Shown: in pieces, positions 1 through 11,149 of the stretch | Numbering within the stretch: position 1 is the first letter of the stretch | Layout: every line of letters starts with the position of its first letter | NCBI RefSeq assembly: GCF_030028105.1 | Contig: NC_092379.1 | Coordinates: 63,252,008 to 63,316,007 of the forward strand | Length of the DNA stretch: 64,000 bases | Source of the DNA: Mobula birostris | Taxonomy: Eukaryota | Direction: 5' to 3' | The notes under the pieces: model-generated | What the model was told of the DNA's origin: nothing | Database searches by the model: none | Seen by the model: only the letters and a program-made list of their open reading frames with translations | Made by a program: the position numbers and the translations under genes

Positions 1-147
1 CACGCAAAGCCGAGGATCTTGAGGCCTACAGCTCTAGAGATTCCGGTTCCAACACAGTAGCAGCGGTAGCAAAGCAGACATTTCAGAAGTTTTCCAGATG
101 TTCTGTTACGCACTCGCGTCCGTCTCCAGCAAATCAGAATTGTGCAC
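1..147 (-). mobile_element. Partial copy of ORF-less non-autonomous retroelement (same family as 22321-22985)
   Basis: Reverse complement (gtgcacaattctgatttgctggagacggacg...gaacatctgg...ctgaaatg...gctactgtgt...ggctttgc) aligns by eye with about 22398-22540. Confidence 0.8.
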
Positions 148-640
148 TATTTTCGGGTCAGTAATTCATGAGAATTAGGAAACGTTAGAAAGGTGACACA
201 TTTTAGATAGATATTGAAACAGGGAAAAGATGATTTAAAAAAGCATGTTATTGTGTCGAAGATAGAAGTGATTAAGTTACAAATGGGATAATGGTTCCAA
301 GCAAGGAGTTCCCTCCAGTATTCGCTCAATGGAAGAACGTGCTGGAATAGACCAGGACTACAATCATGCCACTCGGATTTGGGCAATATAAATATATTTT
401 TTTTCTTTTACTTTGTAACTGTATACCTTTCTAAAATTGTAACATATGTGCTAAGTGCTGTTGGGAATGTGTGTTGCACCTTGGCTTTGGAGGAGCGCTG
501 TTTCATTTGGCTGAATGATAATTCAACTTGAATTTGAAAGAGGAATGTTACTAGCACAGGAACAATAATGCTTTTTATCTCTTTGCTTGCCACTTTTTTT
601 CAGGAAAACAGCATTTAGCTCACACTACATATAATTTGTA

Positions 641-840
641 GCTGGCTGGTGATGTAGTGCTTCAGCACCAGACTTCGAGGCCAGTGGTCCTTGGTTCGAG
701 TCTGGCCACCTTCTTGCATGCCATCCATGCTGGATTGAGCATCGAGCTAACAACTTGGCCTCTTAAAAAATAGGCAAATGCTAAGGAAATGGCAAAAAGA
801 GGCTGCCTGATGCGCCAGAAGGTGTGAAAAGAAGCAACAT
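641..840 (+). mobile_element. tRNA-derived SINE
   Basis: A-box-like TGGTGATGTAGTG near 648, B-box GGTTCGAGTC at 693-702, then a short body and an A-rich/(AAC)-like tail. Confidence 0.65.
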
Positions 841-914
841 GTAATTTATATACTGCACTAAATAAAACTTGCATTTATATCTGCAAAATAAATCATAAAG
901 CATTTTTGAAATTG

Positions 915-1065
915 GAAACATAGAAAACCTACAGCACAGTACACCTTAGAACTACCTAGGCTTACCCATAGCCCTCTATTTTTCTAAGTTCCGTGTACCT
1001 GTCCAAGAGTCTCTGAAAAGACCCTATTGTTTCCTCCTCCGCCACTGTCATCAGCAGCCCATTCT
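915..1065 (-). mobile_element. CR1 LINE 3' end fragment
   Basis: Minus translation ...EEETIGSFQRLLDRYTELRKIEGYG matches the CR1 ORF2 C-terminus. Short-repeat tail near 915. Confidence 0.75.
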
Positions 1066-1088
1066 GTAAACAACAATATGAATAGATG

Positions 1089-1920
1089 AACAAGAGAAAA
1101 TCTGCAGATGCTGGAAGTCCAAGCAACATATGCAAAATGCTGGAGGAACCAGGCAGCAACTGTGGAAAAGAGTGCAGTCGATGTTTTGAGCTGAGACCCT
1201 CTGGCAGAAGTGGAGAAAAAAAGATGAGTAGATTTAAAAGGTGGAGGAGAGAGAAACACAGGGTGATGGGTGAAACTGGGAGGGGGAGTGATGCAATAAA
1301 GAGCTGGAAAGTTGATTGGTGAAAGGTCTGGAGAAAGGGTAGTCTGAAAGGAGAGGTCAGAAGGCCATAGAAGAAAGGAAAGGGGGGGGGGGGGGAGGAG
1401 CACCAGAAGGAGGCGATGGGCAGGCAAGGAAATAAGGTGAGAGAGGGAATAAGGGATGGAAAATGGAGAAGGTGGGTGAGGGAGCATTACCAGAAGTTCA
1501 AGAAATCAATGTTCATGCCATCAGTTTGGAGGCTACCCAGACAGAATATAAGGTGGTGTTCCTCCAAACTGAATGTGGCCTCATCACGACATATTGGAAT
1601 GGGAATGGGAAGTGGAATTAAAATGGATGGCCACTGGGAGGTCCTGCTACTTCTGGTGGGCGGAGCATAGGCGCTTGGTGAAACAGTCTCCCAATCTAGG
1701 TTGGGTCTCACCAATATACAGGAGGCCACACCAAGAGCAGTGACCCCAACAGACTCACAGGTGAAGCGTCACCTCACCTGGAAGGATTGTTTGGGGCTCT
1801 GAATGGTAATGAGGGAGGAGGTGCAGGGGCAGGTGTAGCACTTGTTCTGCTTGCAAGGAAAAGTGCCAGGAGGGAGATCAGTGGGGAGGGACGAGTGGAC
1901 AAGGGAGTCGCGTGGGGAGC
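1089..1920 (-). mobile_element. Penelope-like element (Neptune-type), 3' part: Cys-rich linker, GIY-YIG endonuclease, terminal repeat
   Basis: [11 protein letters not shown] linker and LEEHHLIFCLGSLQTDGMNIDF (GIY-YIG C-terminal motif). Pyrimidine-rich 3' UTR and terminal repeat shared with 36160-37690. Confidence 0.85.
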
Positions 1921-2543
1921 AATATGAAAAGATCTGTTTTGAAAATACTGCAAAGAAATGTTGGCTTGTATACCAGAAAGAAGAACAGTTTGATCAGATG
2001 CTCTTCATCGACTACAGCTTGGCATTCAATACCATCATCCCCTCAAACCTAATAAATAAACTTCCAGATCTTGGCCTCAATACATCCTTGTGCAATTGGA
2101 TTCTTGATTCCTCCCTTGCAGACCCCGGTCAGTTTGGATTGCCAACAACTTCTTCTCCATGATCTCCATCAGTACAGGTACACCACAAAGCTGTGTGCTT
2201 AACTCCCTGCTCTACCTGCTTTACACTTATGACTGTGTAGCTAAGCACAGTTCCAATGCCATATTCAGGTTTGCTGACAGCTGATTAGTGGCTTCAGGAG
2301 AAGGAAACTGAAGGTCTCATCAGTTCTCGTCAGAGGATCTGAGATGAACAGGGTCAGCAAAATTTATATTCCTCGGTGTTAATATTTCAGAGGACCTGTC
2401 CTGGACCCAGCACAGAAGTGTAATTACAAAGAAAGCACAGCAGCACCTCTACTTCCTTAATAGTTTGTGAAGATTTGACATGACATCTAAAACTTCGACC
2501 AACTTTCATAGATATGTGGTGGAGAGTATATTGACTGGCTGTT

Positions 2544-4567
2544 TCAGAATCAGAATCAGGTTTATTATCACCGGCTTGTGTTGTGAAATTTGTTAACTTA
2601 GCAGCAACAGTTCAATGTAATAAATAATATAGAAGAATAAAAGTAAAAATAAATAAGTAAATCAATTACAGTATATGTATACAATATTGAAAAGATTAAA
2701 CATTGTGCAAAAACAGAAATAATATATATTTAAAAAGTGAGGTAATTTTCATGGGTTCAATGTCCATTTAGGAATTGGATGGCAGAGAGGAAGAAGCTGT
2801 TCCTGAATTGCTGTGTGTGTGCCTTCAGGCTTCTGTACCTCCTACCTGATGGTAACAATGAGAAGAGGGAATGCCCTGGGTGCTGGTGGCCCTTAATAAT
2901 AGATGCTGCCTTTCTGAGACACTGTTCTTTCGAAGTGTCTGGGTACTTTGTAGGCTAGTACCCAAGGTGGATACTGGCTAGATTTATGACCCTCTGCAGC
3001 TTCTTTTGGTCCTGTGCAGTAGCCCCCTCTATACCTGACAGTGATATAGCCTGTCAGAATGTTCTCCACAGTACATCTATAGAAGTTTGTGACTGTATTT
3101 GTTGACATGCCAAATCTCTTCAAACTCTTAATGAACTATAGTCGTTGTCTTGCCTTCTTTATAGCTGCATCAATATGTTGGGACAAAGTTAGTTCCTCAG
3201 AGATCTTGACACCTAGGAATTCACTCTCTCTACTTCTGATCTCTCTATGAGGATTGGTATGTGTTCCTTCATCTTACCTTTCCTGAAGTCCACAATCAGC
3301 TCTTTCATCTTACTGACATTGAGTGCAAGGTTGTTGCTGTGACACCACTCCACTAGTGAGCATACCTCACTCCTGTACGCCCTCTCTTCTCCATCTGATA
3401 TACCTCACTCCTGTACACCCTCTCGTCACCATTTGATATACCTCGCTCCTGTACGTCCTCTCGTCACCATCTGATATACCTCACTCCTGTACACCCTCTC
3501 ATCACCATCTGATATACCTCACTCCTGTACGCCCTCTCTTCTCCATCTGATATACCTCACTCCTGTACACCCTCTCGTCACCATCTGATATACCTCACTC
3601 CCGTACACCCTCTCGTCACCAGCTAATATACCTCATTCCTGTACGTCGTCTCTTCTCCATCTGAGATTCTACCAACAATGCTTGTGTCATCAGCAAAGTT
3701 ACAGATGATATTTGAGTTATTCTTAGCCACACAGTTGTGGGTATAGAGAGAGTAGAGCAGTGGGCTAAGCGCACACCCCTGAGGTGCACCTGTGTTGATC
3801 ATCGGCGATCATCAATCTGCACAGATTGTCATATTCTGGTTAAGAAGTCGAGGATCCAATTGCAGAGGGAGGTACAGAAGCCCAGGTTCTATAACTTATC
3901 AATGAGAATTGTGGGAATGATGGTGTTAAATGTTGAGCTATAGTCAATGAACAGCATCCTGACATAGGTGTTTGTATTGTTCAGGTGGTCTAAAACCGTG
4001 TGGAGAACCATTGAGATTGCATCTGCCGTTGACCTTTTGTGGTAATAGGCAAACTGCAGTGGGTCCAGGTCCTTGCTAAGGCAGGAGTTTGGTCTAGTCA
4101 TGACCAAATTCTCAAAGCATTTCATCAATTTAGATGTGAGTGGCTACTGGGCGATAGTCATTAAGGCAGCTCATATTATTATTCTTAGGCACTGGTATAA
4201 TTGTGGCCTTTTGAAACAAGTGGGAATTTCCGCCTGTAGCAGTGAGACATTGAAAATGTCCTTGAGCACTCCCACCAGTTGGTTGGCACAAGTTTTCAGA
4301 GCCTTACCAGGTTTTCCATCAGGGCCTTGTGCCTTGTGAGGATTCATCCTCTTTAAAGACAGCCGAACATTGGCCACCAAGACAGAGATCACAGGGGTCT
4401 TCACAGCTGTAGTTATATTCTTCCTTTCAAAGTGGGCATAGAATGCATTGAGTTCATCTGGTAGTGAATCATCACTGTCATTCATGCTATTGGGTTTTGC
4501 TTTGCAGGAAGTAATGTCTTGCAGACCCTGCCAGAGTTGCCATACATCCGATGTTGCCTCCAACCTT
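2544..4567 (-). mobile_element. Rex1/Babar-clade LINE, 5'-truncated, nested
   Basis: (TCTGAT)n tail at 2544-2560. LDPLQFAY...[18 protein letters not shown] and LPDELNAFYAHFE...KAQGPDG motifs. Confidence 0.85.
3362..3664. repeat. 38-bp minisatellite, about 8 copies, inside Rex RT sequence
   Basis: Unit atacctcactcctgtacRccctctcKtcWccatctgat starts at 3362, 3400, 3438, 3476, 3514, 3552, 3590 and 3628. Confidence 0.95.
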
Positions 4568-5739
4568 GTCACAGCTTGGTATAGGAACACCAATGCCCTT
4601 GAATGGAAAATCCTGCAAAAAGTAGTGGATATGGCCCAGTCCCTCATGGGTAAATTTCTCCCCACCATTGAGCACATCTACATGAATCGCTATTAAAGGA
4701 AAGCAGCATCCATCATCAGGGACCCCCAACACCCAGGATATGCTGTCTTCTTGCTGCTGCCATCAGGAAGAATATAAAAGAGCCTCAGGACTCACCCCAC
4801 CAGGTTCGGGAGCAGTTACTATCCCTCAACCATCAGAATTTTGAACCAAAGGAGATAACTTCATTCAATTTCATTTGCCTCGTTATTGAAATGTTTCCAC
4901 AACTAACGGACTCACTTTCAACGACTCCTCATCTCATATTCTAGATATTTATTTGTTATTTATTTATTGTTATTATTTCTTTCTTTTTGTATATGCATAG
5001 TTTGTTGTCTTTTGCACACTGATTGAATGCTTGGGTTGGTGTTATATCTTTCATTGATTCTGTTATGGTTATTAATCTTTGGATTTATTGAGTATGACTG
5101 CAAGAAAATGAACATTAGCTTTGTGTATGGTGATATATACTGTATGTGTAGATTTTTGCAAATAAAACAATGTGAGGCATTTTATGTTTAAGAAAAAATG
5201 TAACAACTCATTCATTTTACCTCAGAACTTCATGGAATGCATCACTGTGTAAGACCAGCCTCTTAAAGTAAACCTCAACTCAGTGTCAGTTGTGAATTGT
5301 GTACATTGCCCTCCACAGGCCCCTTCAGAATTCAATAAAACTGGCCTTGTGAGCCTGTTCAGAGCTCAGGCTGGTTAGGATCCTACGTTCCACGAGTGGA
5401 GAAACAGCAGGTGCCTCTGGCTCATCAACAGGTGTGTTAACATGCTTCTGGTCATGTCATGATGCTAGGGACATGGTAGTGGAACCCTCCAATTCTTGGC
5501 CTAGTGAAGTTGATCGACCGAAATACATTTGGGTTTGCTCCACTTATCTATGATGAAAGTCTTTTCTCTCTGTTCTAGAACGGGCCATCATAAAGGGACC
5601 AAGGGGGATGTTGGTGTGCATCATGGTGGACAAAAACAAACGAGGCAGAATGTAGGTCAACAGGAACACAAGAGTGCTGTATGCCATGATGGGAGGTAGG
5701 AATAGGTGCAAAGGAATTAAGATGAAGAGTCCTTCAAAG

Positions 5740-6950
5740 TGAGCCCGTTGGTTGCAGCAACATTTCAATGATGGACAAGTGAACTTGAGTGAAGTAATCT
5801 CCTTTGGTTCATAAGCCTGATGGTTGATGGGTAATATCTGTTCCTGAACCTAGTGGTGAGAGCCCTGAGGCTCTTGTACCTTCTTCCTGATGGTTGCAAC
5901 TAGAAGAGAGCATATCCTGGGTGGTGGGGTTCCCTGATGACAGATGCTGCTTTCCTGCAACAACATTTCATATAGATGTGCTCAACAATAAAGTAAAGTA
6001 ATGGGGAGGACTTTACCAGTGATGGACTGGGCTATTTCCGCTACTTTTTGTAGGATATTTGGTTCAAAGGCATTGACATTTCCATACCAGGCTGTGATGC
6101 AGCCAGTCAATACACTCTCCACTACACATATAGAAAAAATTGTCAAAGTTCTAGGTGTCATGCTGAATCATCAGAAACTCCGAAGGAAGTAGAGGCACTG
6201 CTATGCTTCTTCCATAATTGCACTTAAGAGCTGGGCCCAGGACAGGTCCTCCGAAATAATAACACCAAGAAGCTTAAAGTTGCTGACTCACTCCACTTTT
6301 GATCTTCTGATGAGGGCTGGCTCATGGACCTTTGGCATCCTTCTCTTGAAGTCAATAATCAGCTCCTTGGTGTTGCTGACACCTCTCAGTCAGACTTTCA
6401 ATCTCCCTGCCATTTGCTGATTCAGCATCATTGTTGACTCAGCCATTAACAGTGGTGTCACTGGTATTCTTGAAACAGCGTTGGAGTTGTGCTTAGGCAC
6501 AAGGTCATAAGTGTAAAGCAAGTAAGGCAGCGCTGTGGTGCACCTGTGCAGATGACATCATCGAAGACATGTTGTTGCCAATCCAAAGTGACTGGGGTCT
6601 ACAGGTGTGGAAATTGAGGATCCAATTGCACAAGAAGGTATTTATGCCAAGGTCTTGAAGCTTGTTGATTAGTTTTGAGGGGATAATGGTATTGAATGCT
6701 GAGCTGTAATCAATAAAGAGCATCCTGGTGTATGCATCTGGATTGAGTGAAAAACCAGTGAGATGACATCTGTTGTGGATCTGTTGCTCTGGTAGGCAAA
6801 TTGGAGTGGAGCCAAGTAGCTTCTCAGGCAGGAGTTGATATGTTCCATCACCGTGAATGTAAGTGCTACTGGACAATAGTCATCGAGGTAGGTCACCATG
6901 TTCTTCTTAGGCCCTGGTATAATTAGGCACCAGCAGAACACACTGCACTG
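5740..6950 (-). mobile_element. Rex1/Babar-clade LINE fragment
   Basis: [37 protein letters not shown] and LAPLQFAY motifs. Confidence 0.8.
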
Positions 6951-6954
6951 ACAC

Positions 6955-7568
6955 TGAATCAGAAGCTTGCCAATTTCCTCCTTGCATATCGCAATACAGC
7001 ACACTCCACAACCAACAACTGACCTGCTAAGCTGTTACTGGGTCGTCCCTTGTGCTCACGCTTGGATCTCCTCAAACCCAATCTCAGAAGGAGTATGCAG
7101 GGCCAACAGCTGAGACAATTTGAGTGCTCCTCAAACAAGGAGGTTCAATGTTTCACTCCTGGACACAGAGTCCTGGTGAGGGGCTATAGAGGTGATTAAA
7201 AGTAGTGTTACGTTGAATCAAGTTCGCGGATCTGGCAAGTGACTGAAAACACTGACTGCGAATAAGTATATTAATCATTTATTTACAAACAGTAAAAATT
7301 CAACCAAACATTCATGTTCCCCAAGATACAGAAACTACAAAGCTGAATATTCAGCAAACATACTTAGTTAAAAGTACACACAGAGCATACCTTCCCAATG
7401 GTCATGTGCACCACTTTACCACTTGCCCCAGGATATTTGAAACTGGACACCAGGCAGCTAACCAATGGGAAAAGCAGCTGCAGTTTCTAAACTAACCAAT
7501 AATGACGGAAGCAACTTTCAACAATCAGAATAAGCAGTGACCACCTCCTCCCCCCCCCCACACACACA

Positions 7569-7627
<59 letters not shown>

Positions 7628-8365
7628 ACGACAAGTGGGTATCTGGAAGGATTAAGGACAGAACTGAATCACTCTCCTCAGAGGTGGAGATTAATTCTGA
7701 TGTCACCTGGAGTTGACACATCAATCAGTTGAAGAGAGCAAAGTCAATTGTTAGAGAAGAAAGGTATCCAGAGCTGACAGAACCACTTCCTGCAGTCCCA
7801 GAGTCAACTCCTACAACCATCACAGAGGGGGCTCCAGAACCTTAGATTGCTTCACAGGTCTCAGAACCTGAGATTGTTTCACAGCCTCAAGTCTCACCTG
7901 TCAAGCAAAGTGACTCCCCCTTCCCCCCTTGTCAGGAAAGACATTATCCCACAAGAGTAAGAAATCCTCCACAGTGATTAAACCTTTCACCTGAAAGAGA
8001 CATTTTAAAATTTGCTATGCTATGGATATCTATATACTAGTTGTATTATACTATGTATATATGTATATAAGTTGAGATGCATTCTATATTGAGTTGGAGT
8101 TTATAGCTAAACAGTGTTCTGTATTTAATATTTCAGTAATGTTTGAGTAATATTGCAAATATATTGTCTGATTAAGCACTCTTGTTTACATAATTAATTG
8201 CAGGTTATATGTAAAAGTACGTGAACGCCATACATTACTATGGTCACTATGCCACCACGTCATAAGTGCGCACCTCACTAAAGTAAAAATGAAACTAGAG
8301 TACACATATTATATGTGTGTTTTTCTTTCAGTTAGTTTTATGTTTTGGAGTTACAAAACATAACA
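6955..8365 (+). mobile_element. Gypsy-superfamily LTR element, 3' remnant (integrase C-terminus plus probable 3' LTR at about 8115-8365)
   Basis: QKLANFLLAYRNTAHSTT...LLLGRPLCSRLDLLKP...FTPG.RVLVR, resuming at 7634 toward a WxRHIxQL-like motif. TG...CA-bounded segment at 8115-8365. Confidence 0.7.
7206..7633. mobile_element. Solo LTR (428 bp) inserted in the integrase remnant; contains (CA)n
   Basis: TGTTACG...CGACA termini. 5-bp flanks AGTAG (7201-7205) and AGTGG (7634-7638). Host reading continues across the site. Confidence 0.7.
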
Positions 8366-8489
8366 CTATGGACTCACCTTCAATAACTCTACAACACATT
8401 TATTATTTATTTATCTATTCTTTCCAGTTTGTATTCTCTTGTACATTTTTTGTTTGTCAGTCTTTGTGTGTTGTTTTTCATTCAGTAAG

Positions 8490-9222
8490 TTTCAATAGGT
8501 AATGTCAGAGAAATGTATACAATACACATCCTGAATTTTTTTTCTTTGCAAACATCCACGAAAACAGAGGAGTGCCCCAAATAATGAATGACAATTAAAT
8601 GTTAGAACTCCAAAGCCCCCCCCACCCCACAACCAGCAAAAAAGCATCGTCGCCCCCTCCACCGAGTACTCAAGCATGCAGGAACGCATTAATAAAGACA
8701 CAGATTTGCAGTACCCCAAAGACTACTCGTTATTTTGACATACCACAGGCACGCTCTCTCCCTAATAAGGGAAAAAGAGGTGTCCCCATTTCACAGTGAG
8801 AGGGGAGACATAACAAAACAACTCACTGATTTATGGTATTAAAAGTCTGTTGCATTGCTTTTTCTGAGCTCTGTGCTCAAAGAACTCAGGTCTCTGGGCA
8901 CACAGCTGGCAGCCAGCTCACTGTTTATGATCTTCCGTGTACTCCCACGATGCATCAGGCAGCAGCACTGGCCACGAAAATCTGGCACCTTGAAGGGACT
9001 AGTCTTCCGCGATGTGTCCTTGGCATATTGAAAAGCGGCCGGTTATAAGGCCCCGAGAGTGGGTCCCATTTCCACAAAGAACCGAAGTCAGCATGCAATT
9101 CCAGGTCAGGGCCTTCAAAAGAACCTTGAAAGGGGAAAAAAGAGACATCAAAGGTAGTATTAGAGCTGTTTCCAAAGATGCAAGCGAAGGAGTTGCCGCT
9201 AGGTGCCATCGTCCTAAGCTCC
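8490..9222 (-). mobile_element. ORF-less non-autonomous retroelement with Rex-like 3' tail, nested in a Rex tail (8366-9320, +)
   Basis: 5' end GGAGCTTAGGACGATGGCACC. The 3' end gcaaag...aattcaggatgtgtattgtatacatttctctgacatta resembles Rex tails at about 9260-9330 and 16430-16505. Confidence 0.6.
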
Positions 9223-9329
9223 ATTCTATTGTATTACTTTCTCTTACTGTGACCGGCCTGAAAAAATGAATCTCAAGGTAGTATTTGGTGACATATACAC
9301 ACTTTTATAATAAATTTATGTTGAACTTT

Positions 9330-10640
9330 AAAATTTGATTTTAAGGAATGATATAGAGAGGAAGGATCTTGATTTGGTAAATCAAATTGCATCAGCTGGG
9401 TTGGAACAAAGAAATAACAAGGAATAGAAAATGTTGGTAGAACTTGATATAGACTACAAAGCACTTTGGGCAATATAGTGCAAAGCATAAATCAGGAAAT
9501 TAGAGGTGCATGTATCAAAAATAATAGAACAATCTCAAGGAGCTACAGTCTACACATAGACTTGAAGATCAATTGAACAGTAATAATAGCTATGAGTGAT
9601 GTTTCCTTGCTAGATTAAGATATCAAACTAATCAAATATTAACCAAACTGGCTATTTTAGATTTAGTACTGTGTAACAAGAAAATACACATTTATGATCT
9701 GGTACTGAGGAGGCTTTTGATGAGTGAGAGAATTTTATTTAAAGATTGAAAGTGATTTACTTAAATGTGAAGTCAGTGTGTTAATGCTGAATAAACAATT
9801 TGAAGGCATGACTTGGCTGTAGCAGGTTGTAAAACTGTAAAGCAGAATGTTGGCTGTGTTGTAAAGAATTATTGCATACTGTATCAGTAATATATAGATC
9901 CCCTGATGTAAGAAAATGACAACAAACATAGTTCAGTCATGTTCATAAAGAAAAGTCATTGAGGGTATCAGATCAAAAGAAAAGACCAATCGTATTGTCA
10001 AAAAAAAAGAATATGTGAGAAATGTGATTCAAGATGTTGATAAAAATAGAAAAGGCTGAATGCAAGCACTGGCCAGCTCAAAATATATAAACAGAGGTTA
10101 AGAACTTCTACGCAGGTACAAATAGGATAAAAATTACCTAAAGTTAGTGCGCATCTCTTTCAGACTAAGAAATTATTTTAGGGAATTAAGAAAATGGCAA
10201 AGAAATTAATTAACTATTTTTTGTCTGTCTTAACAGAAGATACAGAAAACATCCAAAAATGCAGGAGGTTTACAGGTCTGAAGTAAATAAAGAAGTCAAA
10301 GAAATTAGTATGAGTAAAATTAATATCACTGAATGTGCTAAATCCCCATGACCTAGTGAACATCATCCTAAGTTTTGAAGAAGGTGTCTATAGAGAGAAT
10401 GCATGCCTCACAATTCGATAGGTTGTAGATGATTCCCACAGACTGGAAGATAGCAAATTCAACTTATTTAAGAAGGAGAGAAATAGTGAACATTATCAAA
10501 AACAGAAAATGCTGGAAATACTCAGTAGGTAGCATCTTTGGAGGCAGTAAAAGAGTTACCATCTTGGGTTACTTATAACTTCATCAGAGATCTCATCCAG
10601 GCCAGTTGTCCTAATGTTGGTAGTTGAGCAAATACTGAAA
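9330..10640 (+). mobile_element. Old, heavily decayed CR1 ORF2 fragments, with a short PLE terminal fragment at about 10497-10590
   Basis: Residual motifs ILDLVLCN and IPTDWKIAN are recognisable. Confidence 0.55.
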
Positions 10641-10644
10641 TCTT

Positions 10645-11140
10645 TTCTTCTTGTGAGATAGTCCCTTAGGATTGAGAATGACATGCTTCCACATCAATTA
10701 CATGGGCTCTGAGATGACTTCTGATGCTAATGTTGGATCTATGGATTCTTCCATAGACAGGGAAGAAGGCACCTGATAACACAAATCATTATGTAGTTTG
10801 TGAAGTGGTATGCCTTCACTATCAATCCTGATCTTCAGTGTGCACCCAGAGTATGGTCTTGAATTCTCAGTGTAATTCTGAATACTTCTTCTCCTCTTTG
10901 AAAAATTATGGACTAAGAATTTCCAGCGGTCAATGGAGACATCCATTTCTCCAAGAGGGTTTTAAGAAAATCCTTTAAGTTTTTCCTGTGCCCATCTGGT
11001 AATGTTTTCTGCCATATGACAAAGGAATAGATTGTCTGTTTCAAGAGGCTGGGACCAATGTGGGCTGCTCAATGAAGCAGACTAACTAGGGCCTCAAGAC
11101 GAGATCCTGGCCTGAGAGAAAACTTGGAGTCATTGAACTT
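10645..11140 (-). mobile_element. RTE-clade LINE 3' fragment
   Basis: Minus strand encodes GHRKNLKDFLK...DRWKFLVHNFSKRRRSI, matching the RTE ORF end. (AAG)n-like tail near 10645. Confidence 0.6.
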
Positions 11141-11149
11141 TGCATAACG

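Larger units (their letters stand above)
1995..5150 (+). mobile_element. Rex1/Babar-clade LINE, RT to 3' tail, split by an opposite-strand Rex copy
   Basis: [22 protein letters not shown]. The reading LTGC|TAWYRN is broken at about 2543 and resumes at about 4568. Confidence 0.8.

Noticed and set aside
147-386. 79-aa minus ORF and stop-interrupted plus frame
   Set aside because: No recognisable domain. It could be a decayed L1/Tx1 fragment, but I cannot support that.
641-712. Possible tRNA gene
   Set aside because: A and B boxes are present, but there is no convincing cloverleaf and it continues into a SINE-like body and tail.
3362-3664. Regularly spaced repeats superficially like a CRISPR array
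   Set aside because: Head-to-tail units with no unique spacers, a eukaryotic context and no cas genes.
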